The notes below the pieces were generated by a model. The model saw only the letters and a list, made by a program, of their open reading frames with translations. It did not search any database and was not told where the DNA came from. Both the position numbers and the translations under genes were made by a program. Of a stretch of 12,922 nt of DNA, positions 1 to 7,387 are shown piece by piece. The stretch covers positions 1-12,922 of the forward strand of contig JBHLRZ010000050.1 of NCBI GenBank assembly GCA_048882045.1, given 5' to 3'. Within the stretch, counting starts at the first letter, position 1. Each line of letters begins with the position of its first letter. Origin of the DNA: Candidatus Thorarchaeota archaeon (lineage in GTDB: Archaea > Asgardarchaeota > Thorarchaeia > Thorarchaeales > Thorarchaeaceae).

Positions 1-920
1 ATCATCCCAATGGTCCCATGATCTCCCTGTACTCCTCCCTTGATCCTCTGAGTTATTGGGGGTAGCCCTTCAATGACAATCTCATCGTACTGCGGAGTGG
101 CTTCAGCATATGCCTGGAAGTCCAGTTTGACTATCTGTTCGCCACTCTTTATACCCACTCCGACACTCTTGAGACCGAGCACATCTCCCTTCTTGATGGT
201 CGTAAACGAGTTGGTCACTTCCTTCTCAGCAATGAATGCTTCTGGGGGTAGCTCCTTGATCTCATCCAACCCAAGGTTCAATCCAGCATCAATCATCTGA
301 ATTGACTCTACAAGACCAACGTGTCCTGTGATCTCCCCAGTATCAATCTTCTTTCTGAACTCCTCTATAGTCATCCCTGTTCCGATCTTCTTCTGGAATG
401 ACGGTCTTCTGTGACTTGAGTTCATGTGACGTGTGACAGTGATAGTGTCCACATTCTGACATGGACCTGTGAGTACGATAGGTAACAGGTCCATGAGATA
501 ACCTGGGTTGATCCCAGTTCCCACCACAGTCTTGCCCACTTTCTTAGCAAGTCTATCCAGCTTCTTGGCTATGGTTGGTTGTTTCTTATATGGAAATGAA
601 AGTTCCTCACAGATTGATATCACGTCCAGTCCATTCTCAAGACAGGTCTCGATGGTTGATGTCACAGCCTCAAGAGCAGATGCTGTGGCAACTATGGCCA
701 CATCTGCTGGTGTAGCCTTGAGGACCATAATCAGATCATCCATGAGCGTGAGATCACTTTCAACTTCTTCAACCAGTTCTCCAATTGTCCTGTCCTTCAA
801 GTCTGGGTTTGCGTCGACCACTGCAACCAGCTCGAGGTTGTTCCTCTTCATTACTGCACTAGCAATATGGCGCCCCAGGGACCCGAATCCCACCTGTATC
901 ACTCTGAATGGTTTTGACAT
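1..920 (-). CDS. NAD(P)-dependent amine dehydrogenase / 2,4-diaminopentanoate dehydrogenase (Ord)-like, DapB-like Rossmann protein; 3' end lies outside the window
   Basis: Not in the ORF track because it has no stop in the window. Manual translation from ATG 920 gives MSKPFRVIQVGFGSLGRHIA (GxGxxG)...LVAVVDANP...DVISICEELSFP...VVGTGINPGYLMDLLPIVLT...FQKKIGTG...ITGHVGLVES...GGVQGDHGTIGM, open for 306 codons. The CEE, GTGINPG, GHVG and GGxxGD motifs are typical of the Ord/native amine dehydrogenase family. Confidence 0.85.
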   Translation of the reverse strand, partial: MSKPFRVIQVGFGSLGRHIASAVMKRNNLELVAVVDANPDLKDRTIGELVEEVESDLTLMDDLIMVLKATPADVAIVATASALEAVTSTIETCLENGLDVISICEELSFPYKKQPTIAKKLDRLAKKVGKTVVGTGINPGYLMDLLPIVLTGPCQNVDTITVTRHMNSSHRRPSFQKKIGTGMTIEEFRKKIDTGEITGHVGLVESIQMIDAGLNLGLDEIKELPPEAFIAEKEVTNSFTTIKKGDVLGLKSVGVGIKSGEQIVKLDFQAYAEATPQYDEIVIEGLPPITQRIKGGVQGDHGTIGM

Positions 921-1084
921 GGTTCTGTGCCTCGCTAGAAAGAAATTGAAAGAACTGAGTAATCAGTCTATCGAGATTGGCAGAATCAATCTTCAACAGC
1001 TCAAAAATTCATGCATCCTACGTTGATGAAAAGACTCATTTCAAAAGGGAGCTGTTGTCTATGGGAGAAAGCTGTGTCCAATTT

Positions 1085-1091
1085 GGAGGTG
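1085..1091 (+). promoter_or_regulatory. Shine-Dalgarno site GGAGGTG
   Basis: Matches the archaeal SD consensus GGAGGTGA and lies 8 nt upstream of in-frame TTG 1100. Confidence 0.6.
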
Positions 1092-1099
1092 GATACACA

Positions 1100-1879
1100 T
1101 TGTATATGGTCGCATCTTTGATTCTTCTTAGTGTGGTTTCATTTGTTCTCGCCTACCTTTGGCATCAGAGAATCAAAGGATTCGATACTCTGTTGTCTTC
1201 CATCAAATCTAAGTTTGACAGCGACAGTGTCGATAGTTCTCGTGACCGAGGATATGGACAGTGTATCTCTAACAATTGGGTCTTGGATAATATAGTACGA
1301 AGAAAAGAGTCCAGGGTTGGGGACTCGATACGCAGTTTCATCAATGAAAGGACTGTCATTGGGTTCTTTATAATGGGCATTCTTATCCATCCAGTAACGG
1401 CTTTCCTCGTAGTCCTGTTCTATAGAGTCTTCGCGATTCTAGGCGTATCCATCATAGTCCTTATCATAGCAATCTTTCTCGTTATAGCATCTGGAAATGT
1501 CAAGGCATCCCATGGGCTCCTCTCGTGGCTAAGGACGAAAGACTACACCGAACTGAATGCGAACGATGTAGTCTATGCAGAGGTGTCTTTCAAGACCCTC
1601 ACTTATTGGAGGAGGAATCTTGTTGCCATTGCTTTGTCTTCATTGATGCTGGCACCATGGGGCGAGCTCATCCCACAAGGAATTGCTCTTGCAACCTCAG
1701 GTTTTCTCATCACAATCTTTACTCTGGTCTATCCACCTGTAGCAGCAATCTCTCATGAACTCGCAATCATCATGATTCTTTATCTGATCCCACTAGGTGT
1801 TGCTTTGCTGTATCTCATCTCTAGAGCGGCAAATCGAGTTTCAGCGTATCTCAATGGAGACCTCCTCAGAAATCTATGA
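1100..1879 (+). CDS. Hypothetical polytopic membrane protein (about 6 hydrophobic segments)
   Basis: The track ORF is 977..1879. A strong SD (GGAGGTG, 1085-1091) lies 8 nt before in-frame TTG 1100 (ATG 1106 is an alternative), directly ahead of the first hydrophobic segment VASLILLSVVSFVLAYLW. The TTG at 977 would leave only 56 bp for two divergent promoters. No family recognised. Confidence 0.75.
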   Translation: MYMVASLILLSVVSFVLAYLWHQRIKGFDTLLSSIKSKFDSDSVDSSRDRGYGQCISNNWVLDNIVRRKESRVGDSIRSFINERTVIGFFIMGILIHPVTAFLVVLFYRVFAILGVSIIVLIIAIFLVIASGNVKASHGLLSWLRTKDYTELNANDVVYAEVSFKTLTYWRRNLVAIALSSLMLAPWGELIPQGIALATSGFLITIFTLVYPPVAAISHELAIIMILYLIPLGVALLYLISRAANRVSAYLNGDLLRNL

Positions 1880-1896
1880 TAATAATAACAGTAAAC

Positions 1897-2436
1897 TCAG
1901 TGCATCGAAAAAGATAGTACGAACACATACCACCCTGAGCTCTCAAGAAATCCCTCCTCGTACCCCCTCTTTCTGCAGAGATTAATGGCTGCAATATGGT
2001 CTGTATAGTATACAAAACCATCAAATCCATTCTCTGAAAAATAATCCTCGAAGAAGTCGAAGACCTGATGACCCAACCCTTTTCCTCGGTGATCAGTCTT
2101 CATCCAAAGTTCGTGCAGTTCAACCAGATTGTCTTTCTCTCCACCAAATAGCTGATGAAGACTGCTCCTGTCATCATCATCCCGAGGGTCGCCCGGAATC
2201 ATCTCCTCGGTAGTGGTTTCATGCCAAACGCAGTGACCGATAATCTCCCCGTCATCAGTCCAAACTATCAGATGATTAGGGTCTCTCATAATGTATCCTT
2301 CCTCATCTGGGCCGAGCTCAAATGGTCCTGGCTCTCTGCCAGTTCGCCTCACATAGAAATCACGAAGATCAGACAGTGTGCAATAGTACTTCTTGAATTC
2401 CTCAATGGTATAGGCTCCGACAAAGAAGTCTAGCAT
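1897..2436 (-). CDS. GNAT-family N-acyltransferase
   Basis: 179-aa ORF with the acyl-CoA-binding motif A (ELHELWMKTDHRGKGLG, RxxGxG) and the C-terminal motif B-like AAINLCRKRGY. Starts 11 nt after the MaoC gene stop. Confidence 0.85.
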   Translation of the reverse strand: MLDFFVGAYTIEEFKKYYCTLSDLRDFYVRRTGREPGPFELGPDEEGYIMRDPNHLIVWTDDGEIIGHCVWHETTTEEMIPGDPRDDDDRSSLHQLFGGEKDNLVELHELWMKTDHRGKGLGHQVFDFFEDYFSENGFDGFVYYTDHIAAINLCRKRGYEEGFLESSGWYVFVLSFSMH

Positions 2437-2447
2437 AGATCCACTCT

Positions 2448-3317
2448 CTAGATACTAAACGAAGCAGTCCCTTGAGTTAAGACTGAAACACCCTTTTCAT
2501 CGGTAGTTTCGAAATGCACAACCTGCAATCCCTCATCATTGACTCCCCCATCGTATACCTCGGTTGTGATGGTCTGATTCAGGAGTACAGGGCTCGAAAA
2601 ACGGTTGCTCATGCTCTTCAATCGAGTGGGGTCTCCGTCGAGAAGTCCGTCTACAATCGCCTGAGAAGCAATAGCCATCGTACACAGTCCATGGAGGATG
2701 GCACTGGGAAGTCCCACACTCCTAGCAATCTCATCGCTTTGATGGATCGGATTTTGGTCTCCTGAGGCCTCAGCATATCTTACGCCTTGGTCAGCAGTGA
2801 CCTTCACACTCATCTTCGTAAGCAGCTTTCCTCTCTCGGGAGCTTGAGCTTCCGGTGGAGCCTTTTTTCCTCCATCCGTCTTCTTGCCCCTCACTAGGAT
2901 CCGATAGTCCATCTGCACTACGATGTCATCATCACGTCTGCAGTATATCTCAAAGTCCAGTATCTCGTTCACACCACGTGTTTCAATGTTGACAATCTTT
3001 GCAGTCGTAAAGATTTCGTCACCTGGACTGAGAGCACTCCTCCATTTCATCTTGTGCTCTGCATGTACTGCTCGCAGGATGTTGAGGTCCATTCCTTCAG
3101 AGTCATCACCCAGTTGACTCAGTATGCCTGGTAGAAAGACGACAGGATATATCGGGGGCGGAACCAGTTCAGAGTCTGGTGCACTATATACCGGATTCTC
3201 ATCGTTGGTAGCCAGTGCATATTTTCGAATGCTCTCAGGCTTGACAAATTGGGACTCCACTCGATATTCCTTACCTAGAAACTCTCGATTCAGTTTTGGA
3301 TTCTCTTCAGTCATCAT
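2448..3317 (-). CDS. Double-hotdog MaoC/PhaJ-type (R)-specific enoyl-CoA hydratase / 3-hydroxyacyl-CoA dehydratase
   Basis: The C-terminal hotdog has an intact hydratase-2 motif (YAEASGDQNPIH...AILHGL). The N-terminal hotdog has a degenerate copy (YALATNDENPVY, lacking the His) and the segment RAVHAEH. The halves are joined by a K/P/G-rich linker (GKKTDGGKKAPPEAQAPE). ATGA overlap with the ligase stop, with GGAGG just upstream. Confidence 0.9.
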   Translation of the reverse strand: MMTEENPKLNREFLGKEYRVESQFVKPESIRKYALATNDENPVYSAPDSELVPPPIYPVVFLPGILSQLGDDSEGMDLNILRAVHAEHKMKWRSALSPGDEIFTTAKIVNIETRGVNEILDFEIYCRRDDDIVVQMDYRILVRGKKTDGGKKAPPEAQAPERGKLLTKMSVKVTADQGVRYAEASGDQNPIHQSDEIARSVGLPSAILHGLCTMAIASQAIVDGLLDGDPTRLKSMSNRFSSPVLLNQTITTEVYDGGVNDEGLQVVHFETTDEKGVSVLTQGTASFSI

Positions 3318-4996
3318 TGACCCTCCAACTTGGCTTGTTCTTCCTCCCTAAGGATTTTCTTGTGAATCTTCATTATGAGTGTGAGGGGAAGCTCATCTCT
3401 GAACTCGACATATTTTGGTACGGCATATGGCTTGACCTTGTCCTTGAGGAACTCGATTATCTCATCTTCAGTTACTTTGCCTCTGAACTCAGGTTCGAGC
3501 TGGATGAAAGCTTTGACACGTTCACTCCCAGGTCTCTCAGGATCTGGTACGCCAATAACACCAGCCACCTCAACAGCTGGATGTTCATGGAGGATGTCAT
3601 CAATGACACGACTGTACACCTTGTTACCTCCGACATTGATCATGTCCTTGATTCTGTCCACCACTGTGAAGTAGCCGTCCCCATCCATCTGAACCATGTC
3701 TCCCATCCTCAACCAGCCACCCTCCTCGAGACCTGAACCTGCGGTCGGCCAATATCCCGCCATGATCTGTGGGCCTCTCACCCAGAGCTCACCAGGATCT
3801 CCAACAGGAGGTTCCTCCCCGGTTTCCGGGTCGACGACTTTAATCTCTGTGTCAGGCACGGGAACTCCAACTCCTCTTTTGACCTGTTTCATGAATCCTG
3901 TCACTTTCGAGAAGGCTGAGATGTTTACAGTAGTCCCTGCTGTAGTTTCTGTCGCGCCATATCCCTCGCCCATCGGAACCCCGGATATCTTCTCAAATTC
4001 CTCGGCAAGCTCTGGTGGTAGCGCTGCTGCGGCTGAGTAGTAGAAGATCTGTCCTTTCTTCAATGGCATATCACAGAATGCGATATAGTGGGCTGGTACT
4101 GCAAAGACAATGGCAGGTCGATACTCATTGATGACCTCTACAATCTTCATCATGTCGCGAGGGTCCATCAGGAATATCTTGAGCCCCCACGAGATACTTG
4201 CATGTATTGCCCAGTGTCCATAACTGTGGAATATTGGCACACAGATCGCTGTCGCCCCTTTCCCAACGATGCCCACTTTTAGTGGATCCATCATCCAGTG
4301 TACTGTCTGGACGACATTGGATGTGAGATTGAAGTGAGTGAGCATGGTCCCCTTTGGAACTCCTGTAGTGCCCCCGGTGAAGGGTAGTAGTGCGATGTCC
4401 GTCTTTGGGTCGATCTCGATCTCCTCGGTATGAGGTTCATGATCTGCTATCAGGTCATCCATGAGGTAGTATCCTGGCTCTGTTATCTCCTCTATTTGAG
4501 GGGCTTCATAGTCTGGAAAGAGCTTGGTAGGTGCGTAGATGACAGTCTTTACATTTGTGTCTGGTTTTACCTCATTCACACGGGGAATTCGTCTATAGGA
4601 ACAGACAACAAACTCTGTGTTACTCTCCTTGAGCTCGTGCTTCAAGTCATCAGCCTTATGAAGAATGCTCAATGGGACATGGATGGCTCCAATCTTCATG
4701 CAAGCATAGTCTACAATAATGAACTCAGGGCAGGATGGAAGAACTGTGGCAACAGCAGTGCCTTTACTGACACCAAGATCAACGAGTGCTGAAGCCAGAC
4801 GGTCAACTTTGTCCTTCAACTGCGGATAGGTGATCTCCTCATCCGCATAGACACACGCTATCACGTCTCGGTATTCTCGGGCTGAATCTTCTAGGAACTT
4901 GTAGACATTGATCTCAGGATATGGTTCCATAGAGTGCTTCAGTTTGTACGGACCCAGGAAGTAGGCTTTAAGCCAGGGCTTGTCTTGATAACTCAC
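3314..4996 (-). CDS. AMP-forming acyl-CoA synthetase (long-chain fatty acid-CoA ligase, FadD-like)
   Basis: P-loop FTGGTTGVPKG, GYGATET, GELWVRGPQIMAGYW, DRIKDMINVGG, VPKYVEFRDELP and the C-terminal catalytic Lys. The track starts at GTG 5005, but that GTG lies inside the SD AGGTGA (5007-5002). GTG 4996 has the same 5-nt spacing as the SCP2 gene and is preferred. Confidence 0.92.
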   Translation of the reverse strand: MSYQDKPWLKAYFLGPYKLKHSMEPYPEINVYKFLEDSAREYRDVIACVYADEEITYPQLKDKVDRLASALVDLGVSKGTAVATVLPSCPEFIIVDYACMKIGAIHVPLSILHKADDLKHELKESNTEFVVCSYRRIPRVNEVKPDTNVKTVIYAPTKLFPDYEAPQIEEITEPGYYLMDDLIADHEPHTEEIEIDPKTDIALLPFTGGTTGVPKGTMLTHFNLTSNVVQTVHWMMDPLKVGIVGKGATAICVPIFHSYGHWAIHASISWGLKIFLMDPRDMMKIVEVINEYRPAIVFAVPAHYIAFCDMPLKKGQIFYYSAAAALPPELAEEFEKISGVPMGEGYGATETTAGTTVNISAFSKVTGFMKQVKRGVGVPVPDTEIKVVDPETGEEPPVGDPGELWVRGPQIMAGYWPTAGSGLEEGGWLRMGDMVQMDGDGYFTVVDRIKDMINVGGNKVYSRVIDDILHEHPAVEVAGVIGVPDPERPGSERVKAFIQLEPEFRGKVTEDEIIEFLKDKVKPYAVPKYVEFRDELPLTLIMKIHKKILREEEQAKLEGQ

Positions 4997-5026
4997 CGTA
5001 ATCACCTATGCCTTAGACATTGGTCC

Positions 5027-6892
5027 TCAATAAATCTGGTCAATGAGCCACTCGAGACCCAGCTCAGTCAGTTTCTCCTTGGTCGGCTTTCCATCCTGAT
5101 CCCAGCCACGAAACTCATAGTAGCTGTCGAGAATCGGGTCTAGATTAACAACAAGTCCCTTTGCTGGTCCCTCGGGCATTGGGTCCTTTAGGAGTCGTGG
5201 CGGAAGAGTATCATCAGCTCGAGTTGCCCCTTCTCGAATGTTGTAGACCTTCTCCATGTTGTAGATTCTCTCTCCAGTCCTTCTGAAGTCCTCAGCTGTG
5301 TATTCGATTCCCATCAGGTTGGATAACAGAACAGCCCAGTCTTCGGCGGTCATAACTATGCCCATGAACTTACAGGCTCCGACAGCATCAAAGATCTGAA
5401 AAGCATCCTCGAAGTCCTTCAGGATTACTGACTTCTCTGGTATCTCTTTCTGTGGGTCACCAACATCCGCATCATCCACAACCATGAATGGCATCGATAG
5501 GAAGGCTGGTCCCTCTATCCATGCTGTAATGTGGTCTCCACCACGGTTTGCTGTGGCATAGGCCAGGCCTGTTATCTTCGCAGCTCGGCTGTCATATGCT
5601 GGAAGCTCCAATCCCTTCACATTCATTGCAAAGTGCTCTGAACCTTGTCCGAACTTCTCTGCCATTCTCTTTGTACCAAGTGCCAGGATGTCACCAAATC
5701 CCTCCCGCATAGCTATCTTTGGAACGATGTCGACAATGATGTCCTTGTCGCCAAATCTGAACTCTAAACCACCAGTTTCTTCTTTGGTGACGATTCCTTT
5801 CTCAAAGCACTCCATCACAAAAGCCACTGAAGTTCCTGCTGAAATCACATCGAGACCATAGTCATTACAAAGGAAGTGCGCCATGGAGATTGCTTCAAGA
5901 TCATCGACTCCACATATGCTGCCAAACGCACCGATGGTCTCGTATTCCGGTCCCTCTCCTCTGATCCTGCCTCCTTTGATGTCGGATACTCGTCCACAAG
6001 CAATCGGGCAGGCAAAACAGGGCTTTCGTTCAACAAGAATGGTGTCGTTCAAAGCAGTGCCATTGATGTTCTCGGCACCCTCGAAGATTCCGGTCTGAAA
6101 GTTTCGAGTGGGTAGTCCTCCCACTACTTGACACAGGTCCACCATTGTGGCTGTTCCATAGACCTCGAGGGTCATCTTGAGCATACTCTGGTTTACCCAG
6201 TCAAACCTCTTCTTGGCCTCAGTTCGGTACTCCTCGGGATTGGCGACAGGGATTTGTGCCTTACCATAGGACACCACGGCCTTCAGGTTCTTCGAGCCCA
6301 TCACGGTTCCAAGACCGCACCGACCTGCTGCACGACCGTAATAAACATCATCGCAGTCGTTCATGATCGCAGCATAGAGTACACCGTTCTCTCCAGCAGG
6401 ACCAATACACGATACATTGTGCTTTGGTCCGTGTTTTTCCTTCAGAATCTTCGTTGTTTCTGAGGTGGTCTTCCCCCAGATTTCTGAAGCATCATAGAGC
6501 TCTGCTTTTCCATCTTCGGTGAGAAGGTAGACAGGTTTCGGTGAAACTCCTTCAAAGATGATGCCATCAAACCCCGACCGCTTGAAGTCCTTTGCCCAGA
6601 ATCCTGCAGAGTTCGCCTGGCCCCAGAAACCAGTCAGGGGTGATTTAGCCACAACACTGTATCTCCCTGCGCTTGGAGAGGGCGTTCCTGTCAACGGTCC
6701 AGTCATGAAGATCAATTTGTTCTCCGGACCGAGAGGGTCGATTCCTGGATTGGTCTCTCTAATCAGATAGTATGTTGCAAGACCTGCACCACCCAGATAT
6801 TTCCTCAGTACTTCGTCGTCTGGAAACTCTTCTGTTATAGTCCCGTCGGTGAGGTTGACACGCAGAAGCTTTCTCATATATCCCTTTAGCAT
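5027..6892 (-). CDS. aor: Tungsten-dependent aldehyde:ferredoxin oxidoreductase (AOR family)
   Basis: 621 aa. Motifs include KYLGGAGLA, DPLGPENKLIFMTGPLTG, KSPLTG, AAGRCGLGTVMGSKNLKAV, the [4Fe-4S] ligands CFACPIAC plus the distal DAVGACKF, GPEYET, GLDVIS, KGLELPAYDSR, NRGGDH and YYEFRGWD...LTELGL. Confidence 0.95.
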   Translation of the reverse strand: MLKGYMRKLLRVNLTDGTITEEFPDDEVLRKYLGGAGLATYYLIRETNPGIDPLGPENKLIFMTGPLTGTPSPSAGRYSVVAKSPLTGFWGQANSAGFWAKDFKRSGFDGIIFEGVSPKPVYLLTEDGKAELYDASEIWGKTTSETTKILKEKHGPKHNVSCIGPAGENGVLYAAIMNDCDDVYYGRAAGRCGLGTVMGSKNLKAVVSYGKAQIPVANPEEYRTEAKKRFDWVNQSMLKMTLEVYGTATMVDLCQVVGGLPTRNFQTGIFEGAENINGTALNDTILVERKPCFACPIACGRVSDIKGGRIRGEGPEYETIGAFGSICGVDDLEAISMAHFLCNDYGLDVISAGTSVAFVMECFEKGIVTKEETGGLEFRFGDKDIIVDIVPKIAMREGFGDILALGTKRMAEKFGQGSEHFAMNVKGLELPAYDSRAAKITGLAYATANRGGDHITAWIEGPAFLSMPFMVVDDADVGDPQKEIPEKSVILKDFEDAFQIFDAVGACKFMGIVMTAEDWAVLLSNLMGIEYTAEDFRRTGERIYNMEKVYNIREGATRADDTLPPRLLKDPMPEGPAKGLVVNLDPILDSYYEFRGWDQDGKPTKEKLTELGLEWLIDQIY

Positions 6893-6924
6893 ATCGAACT
6901 CAATCCAGTTGATGTAAGACTTTG

Positions 6925-7374
6925 TTAATCGTAGAACTCGGTATCTATTGTTGTGGCACTGACTACCAACTCTTTGGCAGCCTCTGTAGCACGTAGTACC
7001 TTGGGCATGTCACCAGTGACTCTTGCCTGTCCTGAGAGTAATGCTCGAATCGGGTCCAATTCTTTCTTCAGAATCTTTTCCCAGACATCAATTCTCGCTG
7101 AATAGACGAACTCAACCTCAAAAGGTTCGCCAGTGGGAGTATCTCCCTTCTCAAGCATCTTGTATTTTTCACCCTCTTTCAGAATGGCACATCCGGTGCA
7201 TTTCCCTTTGTGAAGGCCTACCCACATCAAGATCTGCTTCTTGAGCCCTTCGTGTGGGTCTACTTGAAAGATGAAGTCACCAGTCCACCAGTCTGCAGCC
7301 TTTGCATAGTTCTCGTTGGAGTTGACAGCATCTATGTAGAGTTCAGCCCATTCTGGAGATGCAAATTTCACCAT
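6925..7374 (-). CDS. SCP2 (sterol carrier protein 2) lipid/acyl-CoA-binding domain protein
   Basis: MVKFASPEWAELYIDAVNSNENYAKAADWWTGDF...WEKILKKELDPIRALLSGQARVTGDMPKVL matches the prokaryotic stand-alone SCP2 pattern (F.S.EW...N...Y..AA..W.G; LDP..A...G....GD). ATG 7374 lies 5 nt after SD GAGGTGA and is preferred over the track's GTG 7383. Confidence 0.88.
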   Translation of the reverse strand: MVKFASPEWAELYIDAVNSNENYAKAADWWTGDFIFQVDPHEGLKKQILMWVGLHKGKCTGCAILKEGEKYKMLEKGDTPTGEPFEVEFVYSARIDVWEKILKKELDPIRALLSGQARVTGDMPKVLRATEAAKELVVSATTIDTEFYD

Positions 7375-7379
7375 GTCTT

Positions 7380-7387
7380 TCACCTCA
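7380..7387 (-). promoter_or_regulatory. Stop codon overlapping the SD of the next gene (TGAGGTGA); translational coupling
   Basis: The minus strand reads CAC TGA GGTGA AAGAC ATG, so the TGA of the upstream gene forms part of GAGGTGA. Confidence 0.7.

Noticed and set aside
73-1026. Plus-strand track ORFs 73..300 and 508..1026
   Set aside because: Ser-rich antisense shadows of the minus-strand dehydrogenase, with no recognisable motifs.
1139-1985. Short track ORFs overlapping the membrane-protein gene (1139..1390-, 1165..1380-, 1525..1758+, 1797..1985+)
   Set aside because: Antisense or alternative-frame ORFs overlapping better-supported genes. The Cys-rich 1525..1758 ORF reflects the TG-rich codons of a hydrophobic gene and is not good evidence of a zinc finger.
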